DNA of 64,000 bases from Elusimicrobiota bacterium (GTDB taxonomy: Bacteria; Elusimicrobiota; Elusimicrobia; UBA1565; JACRDR01): assembly GCA_041694815.1 (NCBI GenBank), contig JBGFSC010000018.1, positions 10,598 through 74,597 on the forward strand, in the 5' to 3' direction. A program made the translations under genes and the position numbers. Of this stretch, positions 14,741 to 24,063 are shown piece after piece (position 1 is the first letter of the stretch; the number at the start of each line of letters is the position of its first letter). The notes under the pieces are model-generated. The model ran no database searches and was not told the origin of the DNA. It saw nothing but the letters and a program-made list of their open reading frames with translations.

Positions 14741-15153
14741 TGGTCAACTTCGTCATCATTACGCACGGGGAGTTCGGCGCGTATCTCGTGGAGGCGGCGG
14801 AAAACATCGTCGGCAGGCAAAAGGAGGGTGTCGCGGTGGTCTCGATTTCTTCCCGGTTGAGCGTGGAGGAGGCTAGGCACCGCGTCCTGGATGCCGTGAC
14901 CGCGCTGCGCCAACCGGAGGGGCTCATCGTCGCCACCGATATCCCCGGAGGGACCCCAAGCAACATCGTGCTCCCGGTGGTCAAGGATTTCCCGTGGGTT
15001 AGCGTAGTCAGCGGGCTCAACCTCTATATGCTCGTGACTGCCTTCAGCCACCGCGCCGACATGCCTTGCCGGGAATTGACCGCCAAGATGATCGCCGACG
15101 GACAGAAATCGATCCGGGACATCAAAGCGGCCTTGCTGTCGAAGGTGCGCTGA
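14740..15153 (+). CDS. PTS mannose-family EIIA
   Basis: IITHG phospho-His motif, TDIPGGTPSN and GLNLYML. Confidence 0.9.
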   Translation: MVNFVIITHGEFGAYLVEAAENIVGRQKEGVAVVSISSRLSVEEARHRVLDAVTALRQPEGLIVATDIPGGTPSNIVLPVVKDFPWVSVVSGLNLYMLVTAFSHRADMPCRELTAKMIADGQKSIRDIKAALLSKVR

Positions 15154-15636
15154 GTGGCCATCGATTTCGTCCGCATCGACGACCGCCTGGTCCACGGCCA
15201 AGTGGTGGAGGGGTGGATCCCGTACTTGAAGGCGGAGAGGGTCGTCGTGGTCTGCGACCAAGCGGCCCAGGACCCGACCCAACAGGCGCTCATGCGCCTG
15301 GCACTACCGGATTCCGTAGAGCTTGACGTTCTCGCGATATCGGAAGTCGCCCAGTTCCTGCGTTCGGAGCGATGCGCCGACTCGCGCATCCTGGTCCTGG
15401 TGCCGAGCCCGAAGGAGGCGCTCGCCCTAGTGAAGGAGGGGCTCGGGCTCCAGTCGATCAACGTGGGCGGACTGCATTATTCGGCGGGACGGATTCAATT
15501 GGGCAAGGTGATTTTCTTGAGCGAAGAGGACCGACGGACACTCAAGGAGATCGCCGAAAAGGGGGTACTGCTGGAGGGTCGTGCCGTCCCAAGCGACCGA
15601 AAAATGGACGTGGCGGGACTTCTGGCCGGGGCATAG
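15154..15636 (+). CDS. PTS mannose/sorbose-family EIIB
   Basis: RIDDRLVHGQV phospho-His motif and INVGG. Confidence 0.92.
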   Translation: MAIDFVRIDDRLVHGQVVEGWIPYLKAERVVVVCDQAAQDPTQQALMRLALPDSVELDVLAISEVAQFLRSERCADSRILVLVPSPKEALALVKEGLGLQSINVGGLHYSAGRIQLGKVIFLSEEDRRTLKEIAEKGVLLEGRAVPSDRKMDVAGLLAGA

Positions 15637-15639
15637 GCG

Positions 15640-17733
15640 ATGGTCCATCTATTGCTTGGTATCCATAATCATCAACCCGTCGGCAATTTCGACGAGGTGC
15701 TTGAAAAGGCGTTCCAATCGTCCTATCGGCCTTTCCTTGATACCCTGGAACGCCATCCGGGCATCCGCCTTGGCGTTCATTTTTCCGGAGTACTGTACGA
15801 ATGGCTGGCGGCGAGGCATCCGGATTTACTCAACCGCCTCGCGGAGTTCGCGCGGCAGGGCCGGGTGGAGCTGCTGGGGGGAGGCTTTTACGAACCCATC
15901 ATCGCTTCTCTTCCGGAAAAGGACCAACGTGGACAGATCGAAGCGATGCGGCACTACCTCAAGCAGCGTTTCGGCATCGAGGCCACGGGCTTTTGGCTAG
16001 CCGAAAGGGTCTGGGAGCCGCAGCTGCCAAAGGTCCTCGCCCGCTCGGGCGTCGGCTATACGGTGGTCGACGATACGCATTTCCTCTCCGTCGGCTTTTC
16101 CGAGTCGGAGCTCAAGGGCTATTTCTTAACGGAGGCGGAAGGGAAGGAGTTGAGGGTGTTCCCTATTTCCCAAAGGCTGCGGTACATGATCCCCTACTCG
16201 TCACCGGAGGAGGTTATTGAATACTTGAGGGAGGCCGACCGGGCCCAACCGGAAGGGTCTCCCGCCTTGGTGATGGCTGACGACGGGGAAAAGTTCGGCC
16301 TATGGCCGGATACGTTTGAGAGGGTGTATCAGCAGGGATGGTTGGAACGCTTCTTTTCCCTGATCGAGGAAAACGCATCCTGGCTGCGTAGTTCCACGTT
16401 CTCGGAATACCTGCGCCAACACCCGCCGCTTGGATGGGCTTATCTGCCGACGACCTCCTATGCCGAGTTGTCGGAATGGGCCTTGGGTCCGGAATCCAGC
16501 GGGGAATTAAAGAGGGTGCTCCATGACGCTTCGCCCGCCTCGAGGCGATTTTTACGCGGCGGTTATTTCCGTAATTTCTTAACTAAATATCCTGAGGCCA
16601 ACCGGCTCTACCGTAAAATGCTACGGGTCAGCGAAAAGGTGCACGCGCTGGAGTCGCCACGCCTGCGGGGGAAAGTGGCCCCAGAGGCCATCCGCCAAGC
16701 CTTGGGGCATCTCTGGCGAGGGCAGTGCAATTGCGCCTATTGGCACGGTGTTTTCGGAGGTCTCTATTTGCCGCACCTGCGCAACGCCGTCTATGAGAAC
16801 CTTCTCAAGGCCGAGCGCGTGGTTTCCCGCGCGCAGAATGAGGCCGGACGGAAGCCGCAGGCATTTTCCGTATCATTCGAGGATTGGGACGCCGATGGGG
16901 AACCGGAGACGCTCGTGGAGGACGAGAATGCGAACTGGTATTTTGCCCCGAACAAGGGGGCCGGTTTGTGGGAGTGGGATTTGAAGGAGGTAGGGGTTAA
17001 CGCGTGCGGCGTCGTCAGTCGGAGGCGGGAAGCATACCATGAGCGCATCGGCGAGGCGGTTTCGCATTCGTCGGGTGGCGCCCGCACCATTCACGAGGGA
17101 ACGCGGGCCAAGCAGGGCAATTTGGGCGCCGAGCTGTTTTACGACTGGCACGGGCGCATGTCATTGCTCGACCATTTCCTGCATCCCGATACCCGACGCC
17201 AGGACTTCGCCTCGGCGCGCTACGGCGAGCAGGGCGATTTCGTGCTAGGCCGGTACCGGTCCGAAAAGCCGTCGTGCAAAGATGGCCGTTTCCGGCTGGC
17301 TTTCGAGAGGGACGGGACCGTATGGGCGCACAGCCAGGCCCTGGCCATCCGCGTGCGCAAGGAGGTCGAGCTGAATCCCGACGGGTCCTGGCGCTGCCTC
17401 TATACCTTGTATAATCGGGGCTCGAGCGAGGCCCATTTGTGGTTTGGATCGGAATTGGCATTGGCTTTCTCCACGCCGCAGATTTGCCCCGCCGCGGAGG
17501 AATCCGGGGTCGAGCTCAAGAGCTACCGAGACGCGCCTTTAAAGCTTTCGCTGCGCTTGGCGATCGATTCCCCGTCCGATCTCTGGTCTTTTCCTTTGTA
17601 TACGATCTCGCAATCGGAGGAGGGCTTTGAAAGGACGTATCAAGGCAGCGTCGTGCTGCTCCACCGCCGGTGGGTCCTCGGGCCTGGTCAGTCACAGGAC
17701 TGGGGCTTCGGCGTGGAGGCCGGGCCCCTATGA
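15640..17733 (+). CDS. GH57 alpha-amylase/4-alpha-glucanotransferase
   Basis: HNHQP, GFWLAERVWE (nucleophile), DDGEKFG (acid/base), YWHGVFGGLYLPHLR and SQSEEGFE; no signal peptide. Confidence 0.9.
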   Translation: MVHLLLGIHNHQPVGNFDEVLEKAFQSSYRPFLDTLERHPGIRLGVHFSGVLYEWLAARHPDLLNRLAEFARQGRVELLGGGFYEPIIASLPEKDQRGQIEAMRHYLKQRFGIEATGFWLAERVWEPQLPKVLARSGVGYTVVDDTHFLSVGFSESELKGYFLTEAEGKELRVFPISQRLRYMIPYSSPEEVIEYLREADRAQPEGSPALVMADDGEKFGLWPDTFERVYQQGWLERFFSLIEENASWLRSSTFSEYLRQHPPLGWAYLPTTSYAELSEWALGPESSGELKRVLHDASPASRRFLRGGYFRNFLTKYPEANRLYRKMLRVSEKVHALESPRLRGKVAPEAIRQALGHLWRGQCNCAYWHGVFGGLYLPHLRNAVYENLLKAERVVSRAQNEAGRKPQAFSVSFEDWDADGEPETLVEDENANWYFAPNKGAGLWEWDLKEVGVNACGVVSRRREAYHERIGEAVSHSSGGARTIHEGTRAKQGNLGAELFYDWHGRMSLLDHFLHPDTRRQDFASARYGEQGDFVLGRYRSEKPSCKDGRFRLAFERDGTVWAHSQALAIRVRKEVELNPDGSWRCLYTLYNRGSSEAHLWFGSELALAFSTPQICPAAEESGVELKSYRDAPLKLSLRLAIDSPSDLWSFPLYTISQSEEGFERTYQGSVVLLHRRWVLGPGQSQDWGFGVEAGPL

Positions 17734-18332
17734 ATATGCCGGCACTCTGCGCCGCCGCGGCGATCGTCGAGCTCGACGCGGTCCACGTCGGCCAGTGGAT
17801 GGTCTCGCGACCGATCGTGCTTGGTCCGGCCTTCGGGGCTCTCTGCGGAGCGCCGGAGCTTGGGGCGGCGGCCGGGGCCTTATTTGAGCTTTTCTGCGTC
17901 GACGTGTTGCCGGTCGGAGCCGCCCTGCCGATCAACGGCTCCGTCGCGGTAGTCGCCTTCCTTCTGCTGGCGGCCGGTCCCGCCGAGACGCCTCCGGCTG
18001 CGGCGTTTCCGGCTGCCCTGCTCTTGGGTAGCCTGTTCCGCCGCTTGGACGCTCGCGTGCGCAATCGCCGCGCCCGTCTGACCGCGCTGGCCGAGGACTC
18101 CGTAGAGCGGGGAAAGGATCCGCATTTGGGTCGATTGATCTTGAGCGGCCTGGGTTGGCACGCTGTGGCCACCTTCGCCTTTTTGTACCTAGGCGTCCTC
18201 GGCTTGGGTCCGGGATTGCGCTGGGCATGGGCCGCGGCGCCGGAGACCCTCCAGCGCGGGCTCGTGCTGGCGTTTTCGAACGCGCCATGGCTTGGACTAG
18301 CCGCTCTCCTTTATTCCCTAAAACCCAAATGA
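17730..18332 (+). CDS. PTS mannose-family EIIC (short)
   Basis: ATGA overlap with GH57; GQWMVSRPIV and ELF...LPVGAALP; hydrophobic. Confidence 0.8.
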   Translation: MNMPALCAAAAIVELDAVHVGQWMVSRPIVLGPAFGALCGAPELGAAAGALFELFCVDVLPVGAALPINGSVAVVAFLLLAAGPAETPPAAAFPAALLLGSLFRRLDARVRNRRARLTALAEDSVERGKDPHLGRLILSGLGWHAVATFAFLYLGVLGLGPGLRWAWAAAPETLQRGLVLAFSNAPWLGLAALLYSLKPK

Positions 18333-19123
18333 CGGCCACGACCCTAGAAAAACGGATGGATAAGGGCCTGCAGGCCCAGGTAGCGGCGCGGGGCCTGCTG
18401 CTTCAGAGCTGCTGGAATTACGAGCGGATGCAGAACATCGGCTTCGCCTTCGCGATGGAGCCTTGGCTACGGCGCATCGCTGGCGGAGACGATCCGCGGC
18501 TGCGCAAGGCCTTGTCCCGCCACCTAGAATTTTTCAATACGCAGCCGTACATGGCGTCCTTCGTTTGCGGGGTCGTCGGCCGCCTGGAGGAGGAGCTCGC
18601 CGGACAGGAGGAGCCCTCGCGGATTCATCGCGTCGCGTCGCTCAAGGGCGCCTTCGGGGCCGCGCTGGCCGGCATCGGCGACGCGTTGTTCTGGGGGGCG
18701 TTGCGCCCCTGCTGCGCCGCCTTGGCCGTTGGGACGTGGCTTTTTCTGTGGGCGTCAGGGCAATCCCATGCCGCGTTATGGGCCGCCCTCGTCTATCTGG
18801 CCGCCTATAACCTGCCGGCCCTCTGGGTGCGATGGCACGGCGTCTCCTTCGGGTACCGTTGGGGGGAAGCGACCTCCTCCGAGCTCAAACGCTTCCAATG
18901 GCAGGCGCGCATCAAGAATATCCGTTGGATCGGCTTCATTCTGGCGTTGGGACTGACCGCTTATTCCTTGGCGGTTCCCGGTTGGGGTCCCGGTCAGTTC
19001 TGGATCAATGCCTCGATTCTAGCGGCCGCGCTGCTCGCCCGAGCCCTGGGCCTGGCAACGCCGCGCATCTACGCCTATTCGATCGCCGCGTGGACGGTGG
19101 TCGCTTTTATTCTTGGGGAATGA
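18329..19123 (+). CDS. PTS mannose-family EIID
   Basis: WNYERMQNIGF, RHLEFFNTQP and LAGIGDALFWG motifs; ATGA overlap. Confidence 0.9.
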   Translation: MTATTLEKRMDKGLQAQVAARGLLLQSCWNYERMQNIGFAFAMEPWLRRIAGGDDPRLRKALSRHLEFFNTQPYMASFVCGVVGRLEEELAGQEEPSRIHRVASLKGAFGAALAGIGDALFWGALRPCCAALAVGTWLFLWASGQSHAALWAALVYLAAYNLPALWVRWHGVSFGYRWGEATSSELKRFQWQARIKNIRWIGFILALGLTAYSLAVPGWGPGQFWINASILAAALLARALGLATPRIYAYSIAAWTVVAFILGE

Positions 19124-19386
19124 TCGTGCAAAAAACGCTGACGGTTAAGAATAAATTGGGATTGCACGCCCGCCCCGCGGCGCTGTTCGTGCAAACGGTG
19201 GGGAAATACCGCTGCAAGGTGCTAGTGGCCAAGGGAGAGGTCGAGGTGAACGGGAAAAGCCTCATGGGGCTCATGATGCTGGCGGCTGAGCAGGGCTCGC
19301 AGCTGCGCATCACGCTCGACGGAGGGGACGCGCAGGAGGCGATGCAGGACTTGGAGAAGTTGTTTAATAGGAACTTCGATGAGTGA
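19120..19386 (+). CDS. ptsH: Phosphocarrier protein HPr
   Basis: GLHARPAA (His15) and NGKSLMGLMML (Ser46 site); ATG 19120 overlaps EIID stop. Confidence 0.96.
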   Translation: MIVQKTLTVKNKLGLHARPAALFVQTVGKYRCKVLVAKGEVEVNGKSLMGLMMLAAEQGSQLRITLDGGDAQEAMQDLEKLFNRNFDE

Positions 19387-19389
19387 ACG

Positions 19390-19529
19390 AACGGCAATTT
19401 TTACGCGCTTTGAGCGCGTGGCTCGGCGCAAACGACCGCGCCGAGCTCGGAATACTCGCGAGAAACCTCGAACTTCGTCGCGCGAAGCGCGACGAAGTCA
19501 CGCGCCCGAGGCGCGTAAAAGCCGCCGTT
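19390..19529. repeat. REP/REPIN-like palindromic element, family A
   Basis: Two 31-nt hairpin-containing units in inverted orientation (25/31 matching) flank two internal hairpins; third unit at 45961. Confidence 0.75.
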
Positions 19530-19539
19530 TTCCAAAATC

Positions 19540-21258
19540 ATGATCGTTATTAAAGGCGTCGCCGCCAGCCCCGGCATCGCGATGGGAAAGGCCTATGTCC
19601 TCGAGGACGAAGAGATCGTCGTCAACCGTCTGGAGATACCCAAGGAGAAGACCCGCAACGAGACCAAGCGCTTCAAGCAGGCCCTCGAGGCGACCTACCG
19701 CGATCTCGACCAGGCCGAAGCGAAGGTGCTCCGGACGCTGGGCAAGCAGCACGCCAAACTCATCGACACGCACCGGTTGATCCTGTCGGACCCTCTCATC
19801 ACCAAGGAGGTTCCGCGCCGCATCATGGAGGAGCGCGTCAATGCCGAATTCGCGCTATCGGAGGCGCTCGACCGGGTCAACGAGGCCTTCGAGAAGATCG
19901 AGGACGAGTTTTTCCGAGAGAGGCGGCACGATCTCTTCGACGTCGGCAAGCGGCTGCTCTCGCACCTCCTCAAGCAGGAGAGGCGCGCCCTCACCTCCGT
20001 CGACGCGCCCGCGATCCTCGTCGCGCGCAACCTCCTGCCTTCCGACACCGTCAACCTCAAGGAGACCAAGATATTGGGCTTCGCCACGGATTTGGGGGGC
20101 AAGACCAGCCATACCGCCATCCTGGCGCAAGGCATGCAGATCCCGGCCGTTGTGGGACTTTCCGACGGCAGCCATCGGGTCAAGACCGGTGACTTCGTGA
20201 TCTTGGACGGCGAGCATGGGTTGCTCATCATCTCGCCGAGCCCCGAGGCAATCGCGCGCTACCAGAAGGTCCAGATCAAGACCGAGCAGGAGGAAAAGGC
20301 GCTCGAGGCCCTGCGCGGGCAGCCCACGCTGACCGTCGATGGCAAGCGCTTTGAGATGTCGGCCAACCTCGACACGCCCGAGGAGCTCAAGTCGATCCTC
20401 TCGCTCAAGACCGACGGCATCGGACTTTTTCGGACGGAGTACCTCTATCTCAACCGCCTCGACCCCCCGACCGAGGAGGAGCAATTCAAGGCGTATTCGC
20501 ATATCGTCAAGGCGATGGCGGGCCAGCCCGTGATCATCCGCACTGCGGATATCGGCGGCGACCGCCTGGCCCAGCTCGGCATCGACGGCCCCAAGAACGA
20601 GACCAACCCTTTCATGGGCCTGCGGGGAATCCGCCTGTTCCTACGCCACTCGGACCTGTTCAAGACGCAGATGCGTGCCATCCTACGTTCGGCGACGCAC
20701 GGCAAGGTGCGGGTCCTGCTGCCGATGGTCTCCTCGATGGCGGAGCTGCGCAGCGCCCGGCGCATATTCTTCACGGCCCAGCAGGAGCTGCTCGCCGAAG
20801 GGGTCGAGGCCGCCAAAAAGGTCGAGCTGGGGATCATGGTCGAGATCCCCTCGGCGGCCCTGCTGTTGGACCACCTCTTTGGCGAGGCGGATTTCATCTC
20901 GATCGGCACCAACGACCTGATCCAATATGTGCTAGCCGTCGACCGGATCAACGAGCACGTCGCCCATCTCTACGATCCGTTCCACCCGGCCGTGGTGCGC
21001 CTGCTCCATCAAATCGTCGTCACGGCCAAGAGGATGGGTAAGTGGGTGACGGTCTGCGGCGAGATGACCTCCGACCCGAAAGCGGTTCCTCTGCTAGTCG
21101 GCATGGGCGTCGATACCCTCTCCGTCTCCACGCGGATGTTCCTGCGCGTCAAGCAGATCGTCATGTCCCTCAAGCAGGATGTGGCGGCCAAATTGGTGGA
21201 GAAGGCCGTGACCCTCGCCGATTCCGAGGAGATACAACGCCTTCTCAGCGACTTGTAG
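19540..21258 (+). CDS. ptsI: PTS enzyme I
   Basis: GGKTSHTAILA phospho-His, GIGLFRTE, NPFMGLRGIR, SIGTNDLIQY and VCGEM. Confidence 0.97.
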   Translation: MIVIKGVAASPGIAMGKAYVLEDEEIVVNRLEIPKEKTRNETKRFKQALEATYRDLDQAEAKVLRTLGKQHAKLIDTHRLILSDPLITKEVPRRIMEERVNAEFALSEALDRVNEAFEKIEDEFFRERRHDLFDVGKRLLSHLLKQERRALTSVDAPAILVARNLLPSDTVNLKETKILGFATDLGGKTSHTAILAQGMQIPAVVGLSDGSHRVKTGDFVILDGEHGLLIISPSPEAIARYQKVQIKTEQEEKALEALRGQPTLTVDGKRFEMSANLDTPEELKSILSLKTDGIGLFRTEYLYLNRLDPPTEEEQFKAYSHIVKAMAGQPVIIRTADIGGDRLAQLGIDGPKNETNPFMGLRGIRLFLRHSDLFKTQMRAILRSATHGKVRVLLPMVSSMAELRSARRIFFTAQQELLAEGVEAAKKVELGIMVEIPSAALLLDHLFGEADFISIGTNDLIQYVLAVDRINEHVAHLYDPFHPAVVRLLHQIVVTAKRMGKWVTVCGEMTSDPKAVPLLVGMGVDTLSVSTRMFLRVKQIVMSLKQDVAAKLVEKAVTLADSEEIQRLLSDL

Positions 21259-21274
21259 TCCCCGCGCGCTCCTC

Positions 21275-23065
21275 ATGAATATCCGGAATTTCTCGATTAT
21301 CGCCCATATCGACCACGGTAAATCGACCTTGGCCGACCGCCTCTTGGAGGCCACTGGCACCGTTTCCCGGCGCCAAATGCGCGACCAGATCATGGATTCC
21401 ATGGAGCTTGAGCGAGAGCGAGGCATCACGATCAAGGCCAAGGCCGTGCGCATGCTCTATCGGGCTAAGGACGGGCGAGAGTTTATCTTCAACCTCATTG
21501 ATACGCCGGGCCACGTTGATTTCTCCTACGAGGTTTCGCGGGCCCTGGCGGCCTGCGAGGGGGCCCTGCTCGTCGTCGACGCCACACAAGGAGTCGAGGC
21601 CCAGACGCTGGCCAACGCCGAGCTGGCCTCTAGGCTCAACCTCAAACTGATCCCGGTCGTCAACAAGATAGACTTACCCTCCGCGGACGTGGAGAAAACG
21701 GAGGAGCAGATCCTCGAGGCGCTCAAGATATTCGAGGACCCAGTACGGGTGAGCGCGAAGGAGGGCAAGGGCGTTGAGGAGGTGCTCGAGGCCGTGCTCC
21801 GGCTCCCGCCGCCGCCGGACGATTCGGCCGCGCCGCTGGCCGCGCTTATCTTCGATTCCCAATTCGACCCATACCGCGGCGTTATCCTGTTCGTGCGTGT
21901 CGTCCGGGGGACCTTGCGCAAGGGACTCAAGATACGCTTCTTCTCCACCCGACACGGCGCGACGGTCGAGGAGATCGGTCATTTCACGCCTGCGAAATCG
22001 CCGGCTCCGTCCCTGTCGGCGGGTGAGGTGGGCTATCTCGTCTGCGGGATCAAGGATATCCACCAAGTGCGCGTGGGCGACACCGTCATCGAGATGGACC
22101 GCCCCCTGAGCGAGCCCCTGCCCGGCTACCGCGAGGCCAAGCCCGTGGTCTTCGCCGGAATATTCCCGATCAACGCGGCTGATTATCCATCGCTCAAGGG
22201 AGCTCTCGAGAAGCTCAACCTGGAAGACTCCTCCTTCGTCTACCAGGTCGAGACTTCCCAGGCCCTGGGCTTCGGCTACCGCCTCGGCTTCCTCGGACTG
22301 CTGCACATGGACATCATTAAGGAGCGCCTCGAGAGGGAGTTCGATCTCAACTTGATCGTGACGAGCCCTAACGTCGTCTTCCAGGTGAGGAAAAAGGGCG
22401 AGGAACAGCACCGGCAGATGGATAATCCCGCCAAGTTTCCGCATTACGGCGATATCGAGTCGATCCGGGAGCCTTACGTTTCGGTTACGATCGTGCTGCC
22501 CGTGGGCTATCAGGAATCGGTCATGAATCTCCTCAAAGACCGCCGGGGCGAGCATCAGTCGGTCGAATATATCGCCAACGACCGCATGATTATCCGCTAC
22601 GAGCTCCCCCTGGCGGAGATGGTGCTGGATTTCTATGATAAGCTCAAATCGGTGTCCAAGGGTTATGCCTCCTTCGACTACAATCCCTCGGAGTACCGCG
22701 AATCCGACTTGACGAAGCTCGATATACTTATCCACGGGGAGGTCGTCGACGCCCTCTCCCAGATCGTGCACCGTTCGAAGGCGCAGTCCATGGCCAAGGC
22801 GCTTTGCGAAAAGCTCAAGGAGCTCATCCCCCGACAGAATTTCGAGGTCGCCATCCAGGGGCGCGTGGATGGGCGCATCATCTCGCGCGAGACCATTCCG
22901 GCTGCGCGCAAGGACGTGCTCGCCAAATGCTACGGGGGCGACATCACGCGCAAGCGCAAGCTGCTCGAGAAGCAAAAGGAAGGCAAGAAGCGAGCCAAGC
23001 AATTGGGGGCCGTCGAAATCCCGCAAGAGGCTTTTTTGGCCGTGCTGAAAATCAACCAGGGGTGA
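21275..23065 (+). CDS. lepA: Elongation factor 4 (LepA)
   Basis: IRNFSIIAHIDHGKSTLADR and KDVLAKCYGGDITRKRKLLEKQKEGKK. Confidence 0.98.
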   Translation: MNIRNFSIIAHIDHGKSTLADRLLEATGTVSRRQMRDQIMDSMELERERGITIKAKAVRMLYRAKDGREFIFNLIDTPGHVDFSYEVSRALAACEGALLVVDATQGVEAQTLANAELASRLNLKLIPVVNKIDLPSADVEKTEEQILEALKIFEDPVRVSAKEGKGVEEVLEAVLRLPPPPDDSAAPLAALIFDSQFDPYRGVILFVRVVRGTLRKGLKIRFFSTRHGATVEEIGHFTPAKSPAPSLSAGEVGYLVCGIKDIHQVRVGDTVIEMDRPLSEPLPGYREAKPVVFAGIFPINAADYPSLKGALEKLNLEDSSFVYQVETSQALGFGYRLGFLGLLHMDIIKERLEREFDLNLIVTSPNVVFQVRKKGEEQHRQMDNPAKFPHYGDIESIREPYVSVTIVLPVGYQESVMNLLKDRRGEHQSVEYIANDRMIIRYELPLAEMVLDFYDKLKSVSKGYASFDYNPSEYRESDLTKLDILIHGEVVDALSQIVHRSKAQSMAKALCEKLKELIPRQNFEVAIQGRVDGRIISRETIPAARKDVLAKCYGGDITRKRKLLEKQKEGKKRAKQLGAVEIPQEAFLAVLKINQG

Positions 23066-23067
23066 AC

Positions 23068-24063
23068 ATGGAAGAACGCTTATTTTGGATCGGGGCGGCG
23101 ATGGGCCTCTACGCCTGGGGCACGCGCTGGGCGGTCGCCAGGGGGCGGCTGGACACGCGCTGGGGTACGACGCTCTGGCACGCGCTTTTCTGCGCCGCGG
23201 CTGGATTCGCCTCCAGTCTTATCGCCGTGATGTCGATCGAGAGCCGTTCGCGATTTTCCTCGATCGTCGTGGGCGCTCTTTCGGCGCGCGAGCTCGGCTA
23301 TAGCCTGGCGGGGGCGGCCGCCCTTGGGATTTGGGGGTTGGTAAGCGCCTACCGCAACGGGGCGAGTGCGGAGGGCCGGAAGCACTATCATGACGAGGAC
23401 TTGGAATGGGCAGAGACCGTGTTCTCGGCGGTGCTTCTGGCCTCGGTGATGATGTATCTCGTGGTCCAGGCCTTCAAGATCCCCTCCGGTTCGATGCGCA
23501 GCACGCTGCTCGAGGGGGACCACTTGTTCGTCAATAAGTTCATCTACGGCGTTCGGATTCCGTTCACCCGCGCGCGGGTGCTGCGCTTTAAGCCGATTTC
23601 CCGCGGGGACATCGTCGTGTTCCGTTTCCCGACGGAGGACCCGGAGGATATCCATTGCGGCAGCGTCCAGTACGGCAAGGATTTCATCAAGCGCGCCGTC
23701 GGCATACCGGGCGACACGATCGAGGTCCGGGAAGGCCGCCTGTTTGTTAACGGCGCCGCCGCCGGGCCGGAGCCCTACGCGCAATACGTCGACGTGATGC
23801 GGCAGCCGGGACCCGACTTCCGGCTGGCCCCGCAGGAGTACCAGCGGGCGTGGCAGGAGCACCAGCTCGACCGGCGCTTGGATGACAGGGTCCGGGACCA
23901 GTTCGGGCCCGTGGTCGTGCCGCAAGGAAGTTATTTCATGATGGGAGACAATCGCGACCGTTCCTGCGATTCGAGATTCTGGGGACCGGTGGAGGATCAC
24001 TTTGTTAAAGGCAAGGCTTGGGTTATTTATTGGCCTCTCTCTCGCATGGGCCGCGTCCAGTAA
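23068..24063 (+). CDS. lepB: Signal peptidase I with extended N-terminal membrane region
   Basis: IPSGSM (Ser), FIKR (Lys) and GDNRDRSCDSRFWG; follows lepA; ATG 23068. Confidence 0.92.
   Translation: MEERLFWIGAAMGLYAWGTRWAVARGRLDTRWGTTLWHALFCAAAGFASSLIAVMSIESRSRFSSIVVGALSARELGYSLAGAAALGIWGLVSAYRNGASAEGRKHYHDEDLEWAETVFSAVLLASVMMYLVVQAFKIPSGSMRSTLLEGDHLFVNKFIYGVRIPFTRARVLRFKPISRGDIVVFRFPTEDPEDIHCGSVQYGKDFIKRAVGIPGDTIEVREGRLFVNGAAAGPEPYAQYVDVMRQPGPDFRLAPQEYQRAWQEHQLDRRLDDRVRDQFGPVVVPQGSYFMMGDNRDRSCDSRFWGPVEDHFVKGKAWVIYWPLSRMGRVQ

Noticed and set aside
19390..19529. tRNA, riboswitch or CRISPR interpretation of the hairpin cluster
   Set aside because: No T-loop/CCA or known aptamer consensus, no regularly spaced direct repeats with spacers, no cas genes
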